NCBI RefSeq assembly: GCF_037042905.1
Contig: NC_087251.1
Coordinates: 16,368,001-16,432,000 of the forward strand
Source of the DNA: Lytechinus pictus
Lineage: Eukaryota
Direction: 5' to 3'
DNA: 64,000 nucleotides
The stretch's first letter is position 1. Every line of letters starts with the position of its first letter. Positions 40,001-49,859 of this stretch are shown one piece after another. The notes under the pieces are model-generated. The model was not told where the DNA came from. It worked only from the letters and a program-made list of their open reading frames with translations, and ran no database searches. Position numbers and translations under genes: made by a program.

Positions 40001-43000
40001 CTAAACAAGATTATGTACACTTTAATTTATATCTGTGTTATTCACCAGTAGCAGGCTTCTAAACTACACATTTGAGCACTCTGGTGAACAAAACATGAAA
40101 GCCAAATTTATAAAGAAATTTAATCAAGAATGCCTTTGAAAGTCTCATCTGCATTACACGATTCGATATAAACTGGGTTGCAAAAGAAACTTGTCAAACT
40201 TTTACAAGGACACTGTATAAATTCAACTCTGTCAAAATGAACAATATTTTTAACAGGCTATCTTCAATAATCTTTACTAAGCACATGTCAATTATTAGAA
40301 GAGATTGGGGTTCAATCACAGGGAGACTATAGCCCCTTACATCAATTGGTTTCTGAATCTAAAGTCACAAAAGAGCACAAAAAAAGGGCCAATAAAAATG
40401 AGATGGGATGAAACAAACTTCCCAATTTAGTTTAAGTGATTGACTCAATCACAAAGAAGCTACAGGAAGTTAACATCAAAATTTTAAATGACAGGAACAA
40501 TCACACTTCTTTAGAACAATCATGCTTCTTTGGTCTCAACACGTGTCTGGCTTTTTGTGACATTTGAGAAAATTTCAGAATTTTTTTAATGTTACATCTG
40601 TAGCTAATAACCTCTTTGTATCTGTCTGTGGCTGTTCCAGTCAATCTGTGATTGAACCAATCTTTTAACTATTGACATGTGCTTTTAAAAGATTACTGAA
40701 GCTAACCTGGGTAAATATATTGTTCCATTTTGAATGAGTGGAGTTTGTACAATGCCCTTGTAAAAGTTTCTTTTGGTACCCAGTTTACATGTAGCAGCAG
40801 TGCTGACTCGGAAAACAACTGAGATATAATCACGAAAAACACTGTTAATAAAATACTCAGTTCATTGACCCTAAATGACCTTGATCATGTGACCTAAAAC
40901 TTTTGCAAAATGATTGGTGATACTTGATTGCACTTATGTCAAAGCTCCATAAAAATAGGTCAATATACTTCTAAAGTTATGTCATTTCAAAAACTTAACT
41001 TTGGTTAAGATGTCAATGTTGAAACAAACAACATGGTCAAAGTCCATTGACCCTACATGACCTTTGACCTTAGTCATGTGAGCTGTAACTCATGTAAGAT
41101 TATCAATCAGTGATACTTGATAATCCTTATGTCCAAGTTTCTAAACAAGATCCATATACTTTATGAGTGCATTTCAAAACCTTCGTTAAGATTAAGATTT
41201 CATTGTTGATGCCGCCGCTGCTCTCAGCAAACACATCGTGCTACATTATGCAGGCAAGAAAAAAAAAGCAGATTCTAATGTGTTAAGTCATCCATCAATC
41301 ATTCATATTCTTTTACTTTGAGTCAAGATTTTGTGAAATTGGGTAAACTGCAGACTTGACACGGCCAGGTAAGTTTCTTATTCTTCTCCTTCTGTTCTGG
41401 CTCCCTCGTCATCTTCTTCTTAATCTTTGGCTTCTTCTTCGTCTACGTCTTCTCCTTCTTCTACATGTAGCATCTGTCTTCTGTAGGTCTAGTCTAGATC
41501 TACTTCTCTTTGTCTTCTTCATCTTCTTTGACTTTGCTTTCTCTTCTCTACCTCCTCCATCATCATCATCATCGTCATCCATAATCATCATCATTGATCA
41601 TCATCATCATTCATCATCATCATCAATCTTTTTCTTCTTCTTCTCCAGACTGGTGGCACCTGCGCTAGCACCAGAATGTCTCAGAGAATAGACATGCAAA
41701 ATAGAAAGGTGTTGTTCCTTTTGTTTTGGGCCTATATCACACCCTAGCTAGTCTCCTCAGTAGACACTTGGTGTTGAGAACTCAAAGGTCGAGAAACTGC
41801 TAACTCGCGTCTCTCAACAATTATGTACCTAGCAGCTAGTTACATAATTGTCAAGAGACTTGAGACGCGAGAGACATGACACTGCTTAATACCGATAAAC
41901 ATCATGGGCTGATTGCACGAAAGGGTCTTTCCAAGGACCGTCTTTCGTGTCACCCATCTTTTATGATAAGCTGTATGCGGGATATTTCTGAAATTAGGGT
42001 GGGCAATGGCACCAGATTTGTGCTGTAGACATGTGTCAAAAAAGTCAATGGGTGAATTTGCCTCAAATTTTCATTCTCTATTTTGAGTGCACAATGTAGT
42101 GAAATGTAGCAACATCTTCACATTTTCTGGTAGCCAAGTTGATTATCTATCAATGTAACACAGTGGCAAATCGTCCATAGACTGTGTGCAACGGATAGAC
42201 CGTCTCAGCTCAGCGAATCGCAGACCGCTGATTGGTCAATCGCGCAGATCACATGACTACGTGGTGGCCAAAATAATTCCCTCGGACTGCGTGCGAAAGT
42301 ATCGATAGCGATAACGATATCTGTTCACATTGTCTACGCGGGAAACGGTCTTGGTTTGCGATCGGATCGCTCCAGTATCGATCGAAAATTATCGAGACTC
42401 GGCAATTTCATGGATATTCACGCGACGCTCCGAAACCCGGAAATCAATTGACTTTGTGCACGTTGCGATAGACTCTACAAACTCCAACGAACACGATGCG
42501 ATATCGACGCTAATTCGTAAGATTTTGACAGAAAAGCAAGAAGTAATCGAAATTCGCTTACCTGTGCGGTATCGTTGAGAAAATAGATCCTCCGAGAATA
42601 CCTTTCATAATTCATATACATTATAGAGAAGTGAAATTCTTGGTCGATTTTGTACGAGGTGATAGAGAATTGCACACTTGTTTTGGTGGAATACTGTGTG
42701 GGGCTATGGAAGGCTTTCACTGCGCATGCTTACTATATTTTCATTCATAAATTGGCTCTCGGCAGTAGCTGGATGACGTCATGTAATAAGCAAAATATAC
42801 ATGCCCGCTAGCGTTAAACGCACCGCTATCCGTTCTATACAATTTGCCACTGTGTGTGACATGTTTCCATGGCAGCTCACATAGGCTCAAACAGTCTAGG
42901 TCAGCATAAAGACTTAAAAATGCCCATTTTCAGCCACTAGCCCACACAGTATAGCCTATGGGCACTCACACTATTGCGAGGTTAGTATATGCTATACGAA

Positions 43001-46000
43001 CCTCGCACAACCAACGTGTTTTTGTAGTGGATTTTAGAGTTGTCGTTAACATCGCTTCATAACGTGAATGATGTTAGCCGAAACCCATTCCGCTACTCAC
43101 CAGGGGTGGTATTCTGAAAACGTTCTTATCTTTGTTCTTATCTTTTATCTTATCTCATTGAGATAAGAAGAAGCTAAAATAATTGCAAATCGGTATTCTG
43201 AAAATCTTCTTATCTTTGTAAGGACTGCCTCCTTCTTATCTTCAACACGCCCATTTTTAGGATATTACCAATCAAAATGCGCTTTATATTGGCAGTTTAA
43301 CCAATAGAAGCGTCCCTTATGTCAAGAGAATATCATGGGCGCTGCGCGTACACTGTTTCTGGCGCATTGCGCGAAATAGGCAATTTATACGCAATGACTG
43401 ATTATTATTTTGAGACACGTGCATAAAATAAAGAAAGAAAGTAAAGAAAAAAGTAAATAAAGCAGGTACGAATATAAGGAATAAAATATGAAGAAAAGAA
43501 AGTAAGTAGGTAAGTAAGAAGACAGAAAAGTGTCAGAATGAAGGAGAAATTTAAAAAAAAAAGATGAAAGGAACAAAGCAGAAAATAATGAAAGAAATAA
43601 AGAGTAAACGAAAGTAAGCAAGCAAAAAAAAACAACTTAAAAATGAAAAAAATAAATAAAGAAAAAAGAATGAATAAAAGAAGGAAAAAGAAATAGAACG
43701 ATTATCAATGATAAAGCGAGGAAGAAAAAATAAAGAAAGAAAAGAAATAACCTTAAAGGAAAAAAAGTAAAAGGAAAAAATAAAAAGATTAAGAAAGGAT
43801 AAAATGAAGTAATAAAGAACCGAAAAAGAAAAAAGTTAGAAAAAACGAATGAAAGACAGTAAGAAAGAAAAGAAGGAATAAAAAATGTAAAAAGTGAAGG
43901 AAAAGAGAAAAAACAAAAATGAAACAAAGAAATAAAGATTAGAGAGAAAAAAATAAAGGATAATTAAAGCAAAAATAAAGACTACAGAAAGATAAAAGGA
44001 AAGAAAGGTAAATTCAAAGAAAGAAAAGGAACGAAAAGGAAAATTAAAAAGTCAGGAAAAGTGAAGAATGAATTTAAAAAAAAAACGAAAAATATTAATG
44101 GAAAGAATAAAGAAAAAGATTTTTAAATATTAATAGAAGAAAGATACAGGAAAGAAAGTAAGGAAAGAGAGCAAATAAAGAACGAACAAAAAAGAATGAG
44201 CGAAATAAAGAATAAAATAGAAGAAAGAAAGTAAATAAGACACAAGAGTGTCAGGAAGCAGAAATAAACAAAATGAAAGAAAGAACAAACGAACGAACGA
44301 AAACAGAAAAAAGAACCCAAAAATAAAAGGGAAAAAATAAAAGAAAGAAAAATAAATAAGGGAAGATACAAATTAAGGGAAGGAAGAAAGTAAGAAAAAG
44401 GGGGAAAAGGAAAAGCATGTAAAAAGACGAAAGAAAAACAAAATAAGGAAGAAAAAAAAAGAAAAAAAAAAGTGAAGGTAGAAAGAAAAAAAAAGGAAAG
44501 GATGAGAGAAAAGGGCAAAGAAAAAAAAGCACAAAGGGAAAATAAAAAAGGAAGAAAGATGAAGAATAAATGAAACAAAGCAAAAGAAAATTAAAGAAAT
44601 TAAAAGATTCAAAAAGAATAAAACAAAAGATATAAATGAAGAATGAAAGAAAGGAAGAAAGACAGACAAATAAAAAGGAAGAAAAAAAGAAAATAAATAA
44701 AGAAAAAAGGGATAGAAAAAAAGAGACGGGCAAAATAAAGGGTGAATAAAAGAAAGGGTGGGATGAATACTTGTGGGTACTTGTTACTACTAGTGACCAT
44801 CGAGTTTGAGCAAGAAAGAACGCGGACATCGTGATAACCCTCTAGCTATCTTAAATATTATCATAAATATCGTGAAAGATAAGAAAGAGAAAAGATAAGA
44901 ACGTTTTCAGAATACCACTTATCTTCATTTTGTTCTTATCTTTTTAGCGCGCTTTTGTATTATATGCGCGAGTAATACATTTACGCGCTCAGCATAGGAT
45001 GTTTAGCAAGATAAGAAAAAGATAAGAACAAAAGATAAGAAAAAGATAAGAACGTTTTCAGAATACCAATTTCAGATCGTGACGTAGATAAGAACAAAAT
45101 TAAGATAAGAACGTTTTCAGAATACCGCCCCAGGGCTTTTTCTGGTAGAAAGCGTTCCATTATAAATTTTTAACATATTTTTTTAATTTAAAAAGGACAC
45201 AAAAAAGAGCAAAATCGCTTACCTCCGCCTGGAAAGTGGCTTCGCACGTCTCTTCCACGGAAATAAAAGGAAGGTCGTTGGTGGCGCTAATACAGTTCGC
45301 AACCTTAATTCGGCTTGGTGGTATTTTTAAAACTAGATTCATTATTCATTGTATGCGCAATTCCAATAATTGTTTGATAAAATAGAGACCCCAATAAATG
45401 CAATAACTTAAAAAACATACTTTTTTATTATTTTTGCTGACGATAATACTTTTTGGAAAATATTCAAAACGATGACAAATTAAACAAAAAATATAGAAAA
45501 TTCTATGTACCTTGAACAAAGCCCAGCAAGTGCTACCGTTCGTTTGTCAATTAACGTTCCACCAAAGTCTTTACAGTAAAAAGATTGAACACTTTGCCGA
45601 CTTCGCGTAACGCTTTGCATCGATTTACGTGTAAGATAATTTCTGTGTCTAGTCTTTCAATTGTAGTGTCTTTGATATGAAGATAAATCGCGCGCCCTCT
45701 TTCGCTCATTAGACGAAAAATTTGAGAGCTAGAAAGGTAGCTCTCGTATTTTGTCAACGAGAAGAAAAATCAACGCTTAAATGACGCATTTTGTGTTTGA
45801 GGGATATTCATCAAATTATGAGGAATTGACTTCACATCGTTTCGTAAGTTTTGTAGGAGGACTTCATTCTGTAAGTCCTCGTATTAATTTTTCGCAAATT
45901 AACGTTATTTGTTGAATGCACCGTGCCTTCAATTATTCTGTAGTCGGCGGCTGAGATGTAGCTGTGTGTGCCTATGGGGATGGGCCAAAATGCTGTATGC

Positions 46001-49000
46001 AAATCCAGACACATTTTATGGAGCATTTAAGCCTTATGGAACAACTGCAGAATACCCGGACACTGCGTTACCTTATCGTTGGAGAGCCAACGCACAACGA
46101 TGTACTTAAGCTATCAAATCAGAAAATCAGCTATAATAAATAATTGAATGATTTACAACTTACAAGTATTTTTTGAATAGATTCTAAGTGTTCAGACTGC
46201 ACTGTAACGCTAACGATGCGAGCGCGCGCGATTAGTATGTAGACCAACAGTGTCCGCGATGCCAACGATGTGTATATTTTCGTAGTACGTGTAGGCCAAC
46301 ACAGTCCGCGATGCTAGCGGTGCGTTGGTGTCCGTAGTACAGGCCAACACTGCCCGCGATGCCAACGATCTATATATATATCTGTGTGCATCTGTAGTAT
46401 GTAGGCCGACATTGCCCGCGATGCCAACGATGTGTATATTTTCGTAGTACGTGTAGGCCAACACAGTCCGCGATGGTAGCGGTGTGTTGGTGTCTGTAGT
46501 CGGTACAGGCCAACACTGCCCTCGATGCCAACGATCTATATCTGTGTTCTGTAGTATGTAGACCAACAGTGTCCGCGATGCCAACGATGTGTATATTTCC
46601 GTAGTATGTGTAGACCAACATTGCCCGCGATGCCAACGATGTGTTGGTGTCTGTAGTACAGGCCAACATTGCCCTCGATGCCAACGATGCGATCATATCT
46701 GTAGTTGCCTATGTAAACCAACATTGCCCGCCATGGCAACGATGTGTTGGTGTCTGTAGTACATGCCAACAGTGCCCGCGATGCCAACGATGCGATCATA
46801 TCTGTAGTTTCCTATGTAGACCAACATTGCCCGCGATGCCAACGATGTGTTGGTGTCTGTACTGTAGAGTACAGGCCAACATTGCCCTCGATGCCAACGA
46901 TGTGAATGTATCTTTAGTAGGTATAGGCCAACAGCGCCCGCGATGCCAACGATGTGTTGGTGCCTGTAGTAGATGCAAACAGTGCCAACGATGCCAACAA
47001 TGTAAATGTATCTTTAGTACGTATAGGCCAACAGCGCCGGCCAGGATGCCAACGATGTGTTGGTGTCTGTAGTATAGGCCAACCTTGCCCGCGATGCCAA
47101 CGATGTGAATGTATCTTTTGTATGTATAGGCCAACAGCGCCCGCGATGCCAACGATGTGTTGGTGCCTGTAGTAGATGCCAACAGTGCCAACGATGCCAA
47201 CAATGTAAATGTATCTTTAGTACGTATAGGCCAACAGCGCCGGCCAGGATGCCAACGATGTGTTGGTGTCTGTAGTACAGGCCAACCTTGCCATCGATGC
47301 CAACGATGTGAATGTATCTTTAGTAAGTATAGGCCAACTTTGCCGGCGATGCCAACGATGTGAACGTATGTTTAGTATGTATATACCAACAGCGCCCGCG
47401 ATGCCAACGATGTGTTGGTGCCTGTAGTAGATGCCAACAGTGCCAACGATGTGAATGTATCTTACATAGGCCAACATTGCCGGCGATGCCAACGATGTGA
47501 ATATGCCTGTAGTAGAGGCCAACATTGCCGGCGATGCCAACGATGTGAATATGCCTGTAGTAGAGGCCAACATTGCCGGCGATGCCAACGATGTGAATGT
47601 ATCTTTAGTAAGTATAGGCCAACTTTGCCGGCGATGCCAACGATGTGAATGTATGTTTAGTATGTATATACCAACAGCGCCCGCGATGCCAACGATGTGT
47701 TGGTGCCTGTAGTAGATGCCAACAGTGCCAACGATGTGAATGTATCTTACATAGGCCAACATTGCCGGCGATGCCAACGATGTGAATATGCCTGTTGTAG
47801 AGGCCAACATTGCCGGCGATGNNNNNNNNNNNNNNNNNNNNNNNNNNNNNNNNNNNNNNNNNNNNNNNNNNNNNNNNNNNNNNNNNNNNNNNNNNNNNNN
47901 NNNNNNNNNNNNNNNNNNNNNNNNNNNNNNNNNNNNNNNNNNNNNNNNNNNNNNNNNNNNNNNNNNNNNNNNNNNNNNNNNNNNNNNNNNNNNNNNNNNN
48001 NNNNNNNNNNNNNATTGAATTCAATTCCCATTGAATTCCTTCAATGGGAATTAAAACTTTATTTCATATTTTAATGAAGAAAAAATGAAAATATTTCATG
48101 TATAAAAAATACAAAAGAAATAGAGAGTGAATGACATCGATCACCTCACTAACCAGGATATGCATATATTAAACTGTTTTGTGAAACCATACTTTGAAAC
48201 GCTTGCCAACGATGTTTTGAATGTTGCATTGCACGGTCACATCGTTGGTCGTTGGCTAGCGGCGCACCCAACGATGTATAGCAATAGCTAGTAGTAGTAG
48301 GTAATTTAAAAGAGTGTATTAATCTTGTACTATTGCACCTTCACATCGTGGGTCGTTGGTTAGCCAACGATGTTTTAAATGTTACATGGCACCGTCACAT
48401 CGTTGGTCGTTGGCTAGCGGCGCACCCAAGGATGTATATAGCTCTAGTAGGTAATTTAAAAGAGTGTATTAATCTTATTTTATAATATAACAGTTTCACA
48501 TCGTGGGTCGTTGGTTAGCCAACGATGTTTTGAATATTATATTGCACCGTCCGTACCGTCACAACGTGGGTCGTTGGCTAGCAGCGCACCCAACGATGTT
48601 TAATTATAGCTCTAGTAGTAGTCAAAGGGCAAAGGTCATTACGTATGGCCTGGATGCATTGCTCGTACGTACCGTCATACGTACGTACGTACGTAGTATA
48701 GTAGTAGTAGTAGTACCAGTAATGCATGTACGTATATAATAGTATGGATATATCTAGGCTATATACCATTGAATTAGTATATAGCTATAGGTCTTGACAT
48801 CGTTGTGTTGGCTGACCAACGATTGGGTAGTGAGCAGTGTCGGGGTATTCTGCAGTTAAGCCAGCCTTATTTTTCACTATTTACTTAGGAAATTTTATGG
48901 TAAGTTTTGAGCAATGTTTTTTTTTTTTTCGTTGTCCTACCTACTGAAATGTATGATGATAAACAAATACTAAATAGAATTCGTTAGCTGGCATTTAAAT

Positions 49001-49486
49001 CAATTTGTAATTGTAATTTGTATACGATTTCATGATATTATTACATCATTTCATAAATTGTCTACTTAAAGTTAAACGGATGAATAAAATATGTTTGCAG
49101 GTAATTCATTTAAAATGCGTTTCACATGGCGCATCATAATAAATGTGCGACACGAAAGACGGTTCTTGCAAAGACCCTTACGTGCAATCGGCCCCAGGCC
49201 ATGGCATATCCACGCCGCTACTCCCGGGCAGCGCGAAGCTAGACTCTTGGACTGGAGAAAGACGGGAGAGCTGAGGCAGCAGTTGTGCTGGACGTGCCTG
49301 TGCAGCTGCACAGCCTGCAGCAGGTCGCGGCGGGGGTCGCGGTCGGCAACTAGCGCAAATAGTGCTGCAATTTTGCTCATGCTCACCTTTATCAAGCTCA
49401 AGAAGAGCTGAATTTGCATCATGTTCTTGTTCTCCATATCCGACATCAGTACCGAAGTTTGACAAACGAGAAGTTGCACTTGACAT
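22071..49486 (-). CDS. INTS7: Integrator complex subunit 7, about 987 aa, 20 coding exons
   Basis: Exons (minus): 49486-49387, 38657-38528, 37848-37702, 36997-36813, 36388-36189, 35526-35295, 34871-34651, 34070-33974, 32800-32643, 32166-32035, 31254-31207, 29155-28997, 27659-27465, 26056-25953, 25523-25455, 24748-24592, 23748-23650, 23283-23175, 22759-22674, 22406-22071; total 2964 nt, phases consistent. Diagnostic peptides: GYGEQEHDANSALLELDKG, GEQCEAIVRFPRLFEKYPFPILINSAFLKLADVF, NNFLRQCVLKV, HSNDPVARAITLR, VASEHFYYWL, RYFYQALQSTSIKL, PHNDYFS, WRTGP. Confidence 0.96.
24172..24405. mobile_element. Nested Harbinger-like GGG...CCC MITEs
   Basis: GGGAGTGTTTCAT ... ATGAAACGCCCCC with internal palindromic TCCGACAA/TTGTCGGA, following a GGGTGGTGTTTCATAAAG end. 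Confidence 0.6.
24971..25258. mobile_element. MITE with 8-bp TSD (hAT-like)
   Basis: TIRs GGCTTGTGCCAT / ATGGCACAAGCC; flanks GATAGTAA / GATAGTAC (7 of 8 match). Confidence 0.7.
26222..27022. mobile_element. piggyBac-type MITE
   Basis: TTAA|CCCT ... AGGG|TTAA, with subterminal palindromes GGGGTCAATTTGACCCC at both ends. Confidence 0.85.
28424..28874 (-). mobile_element. Internally deleted copy of the AATT-flanked transposon at 32847
   Basis: AATT|CTCGCTACCCCAAATAG ... CTATTTGGGGTAGCGAG|AATT; near identical to 32847-33582 except that about 280 bp are missing. Confidence 0.88.
29286..29875. mobile_element. Kolobok-like MITE with long TIRs
   Basis: TTAA|AGGACAAGTCCACCCC ... GGGGTGGACTTGACCT|TTAA; about 140-bp imperfect inverted arms. 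Confidence 0.85.
30839..30985. repeat. Short foldback element related to the 8007-8570 palindrome
   Basis: Arms ATGGAAGTTTGCAGTAAACA / TGTTTACTGCAAACTTCCAT; shares GAATGTAGTCCTGAAAAGGACTG with about 8124-8147. Confidence 0.7.
32847..33582 (-). mobile_element. Non-autonomous DNA transposon (17-bp TIR, AATT TSD) carrying a SAP-like ORF fragment
   Basis: TIR CTCGCTACCCCAAATAG; ORF 33169-32828 begins MDKKSVSELKKILTDRGIPRNGKGWAELVTLA, which follows the SAP-motif pattern. Confidence 0.85.
38788..39085. mobile_element. MITE
   Basis: TIRs GCGTGTTTCTACAGAGAATCGTT / AACGATTCTCTGTAGAAACATGC. Confidence 0.7.
39513..39958 (-). mobile_element. tRNA-headed DeuSINE (Nin/Deu-domain) with L2-like tail
   Basis: Minus strand: A-box TGGCTCAGTCAG, B-box GTTCGAGTCC, central CGGATAGGACGTTAAA...TTAAGAACCCAC...TAAGAGTAGGGG...CCCCGGTG resembling the Deu domain, and tail GGCGCTATACAAATGC(ATC)n. 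Confidence 0.8.
40170..40790. mobile_element. Degenerate long-TIR (palindromic) MITE
   Basis: AAACTGGGTTGCAAAAGAAACTT...TTCAATCACAG is mirrored by CTGTGATTGAA...AAGTTTCTTTTGGTACCCAGTTT. Confidence 0.65.
40800..41265 (-). mobile_element. Diverged short copy of the satellite-bearing Helentron-like element at 56594
   Basis: TGACCTTTGACC units and the terminal TTGATGCCGCCGC...TATGCAGGCAAGAAAA match the reverse complement of 56594-57100. Confidence 0.7.
41395..41645. repeat. (CTT)n/(TCA)n low-complexity tract
   Basis: Runs of CTT and TCA trinucleotides; they generate spurious ORFs. Confidence 0.85.
42159..42854. mobile_element. Transib/RAG-like non-autonomous transposon with asymmetric RSS-like ends
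   Basis: Left end CACAGTG(42159-65) + 24 bp + AACGGATAG(42190-98). Right end (reverse complement) CACAGTG(42854-48) + 13 bp + AACGGATAG(42834-26). Terminal 13 bp are a perfect TIR. Flanks TGTAA / TGTGA (5-bp TSD, one mismatch). Confidence 0.82.
43104..45130. mobile_element. Harbinger-like non-autonomous element with a purine-rich core
   Basis: CAG|GGGTGGTATTCTGAAAACGTTCTTATC ... GATAAGAACGTTTTCAGAATACCGCCC|CAG (3-bp TSD). Repeated subterminal GATAAGAACGTTTTCAGAATACC; A/GAAA-rich tract about 43420-44760. Confidence 0.8.
46232..47821. repeat. Variant-unit minisatellite (about 40-50 bp, core GCCAACA..GCCCGCGATGCCAACGATG)
   Basis: More than 30 tandem cores separated by a few recurring spacer variants; runs into the N gap. 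Confidence 0.92.
47822..48013. other. Assembly gap
   Basis: Run of N. Confidence 0.99.
48200..48830. repeat. CCAACGATG / CATCGTTGG repeats in mixed orientation (probable transposon subterminal region)
   Basis: About 170-bp tandem duplication (about 48205-48520) with palindromes such as CGTTGGTTAGCCAACG; ends ...CCAACGATTGGGTAGTG. Confidence 0.6.
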
Positions 49487-49859
49487 GGTATTTCAAGTCT
49501 TGAGATATTGTTTGGCGTGTGTAAAATTCTTTTAGAATTTTTAGATTGGCGAATCTACATGTACTTCCGGGTTCAAATCTTTAAGCTCTAGCTAGGCGTT
49601 TTGATGTAAAATCGTGCAACAATGTGCATCGCGTATGCTGCTTCGTCCGTGATAGATCTAAAAAGCGTCTGGGTTTTGAAACTATCTTTCGGGAGGCGCG
49701 CCAAATTCGATGCATTGCAGATACAACGTAAACAAGTGTGGAAATGAAGTTTTTGTGAAACGAAACTGAAATTCTAAGCTTAGACGCCAACCATTAATTT
49801 AGATTTTACTTAAATCTACCAGAAAATCTCCAGCCAGCTGATTTTATCATTTTTTCACA
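49487..49859. promoter_or_regulatory. Bidirectional INTS7/DTL promoter
   Basis: 373 bp between divergent ATGs. E2F-type GGCGCGCCAAA (49695-49705) and TTTGGCG (49511); CCAAT box as ATTGG (49545); ETS ACTTCCGG (49563); CHR-type TTTGAA on both strands (49572-77, 49675-80). Confidence 0.8.

Noticed and set aside
41356-41691. Arg/Asp-rich or Leu/Ser-rich small protein
   Set aside because: Derived from trinucleotide microsatellites.
42330-42720. ORFs inside the RSS-ended element as RAG1/Transib transposase
   Set aside because: Short (about 80 aa) with no recognisable DDE or RAG1-core motifs; the element is non-autonomous.
43385-44829. Long Phe/Leu-rich ORFs resembling membrane proteins
   Set aside because: Translation artefacts of the A-rich low-complexity tract.
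46232-47821. CRISPR-like repeat-spacer array
   Set aside because: Spacers are few, mutually related and recurrent; the context is a eukaryotic intron with no cas genes.
46210-48074. Cys/His-rich repetitive ORFs
   Set aside because: Open in many frames on both strands because of the tandem repeat and the N gap; no splice or homology support.
49072-49479. Alternative ORFs overlapping INTS7 exon 1
   Set aside because: By-products of the GC-rich first exon and intron; only the MSSATS...LDK frame matches INTS7.
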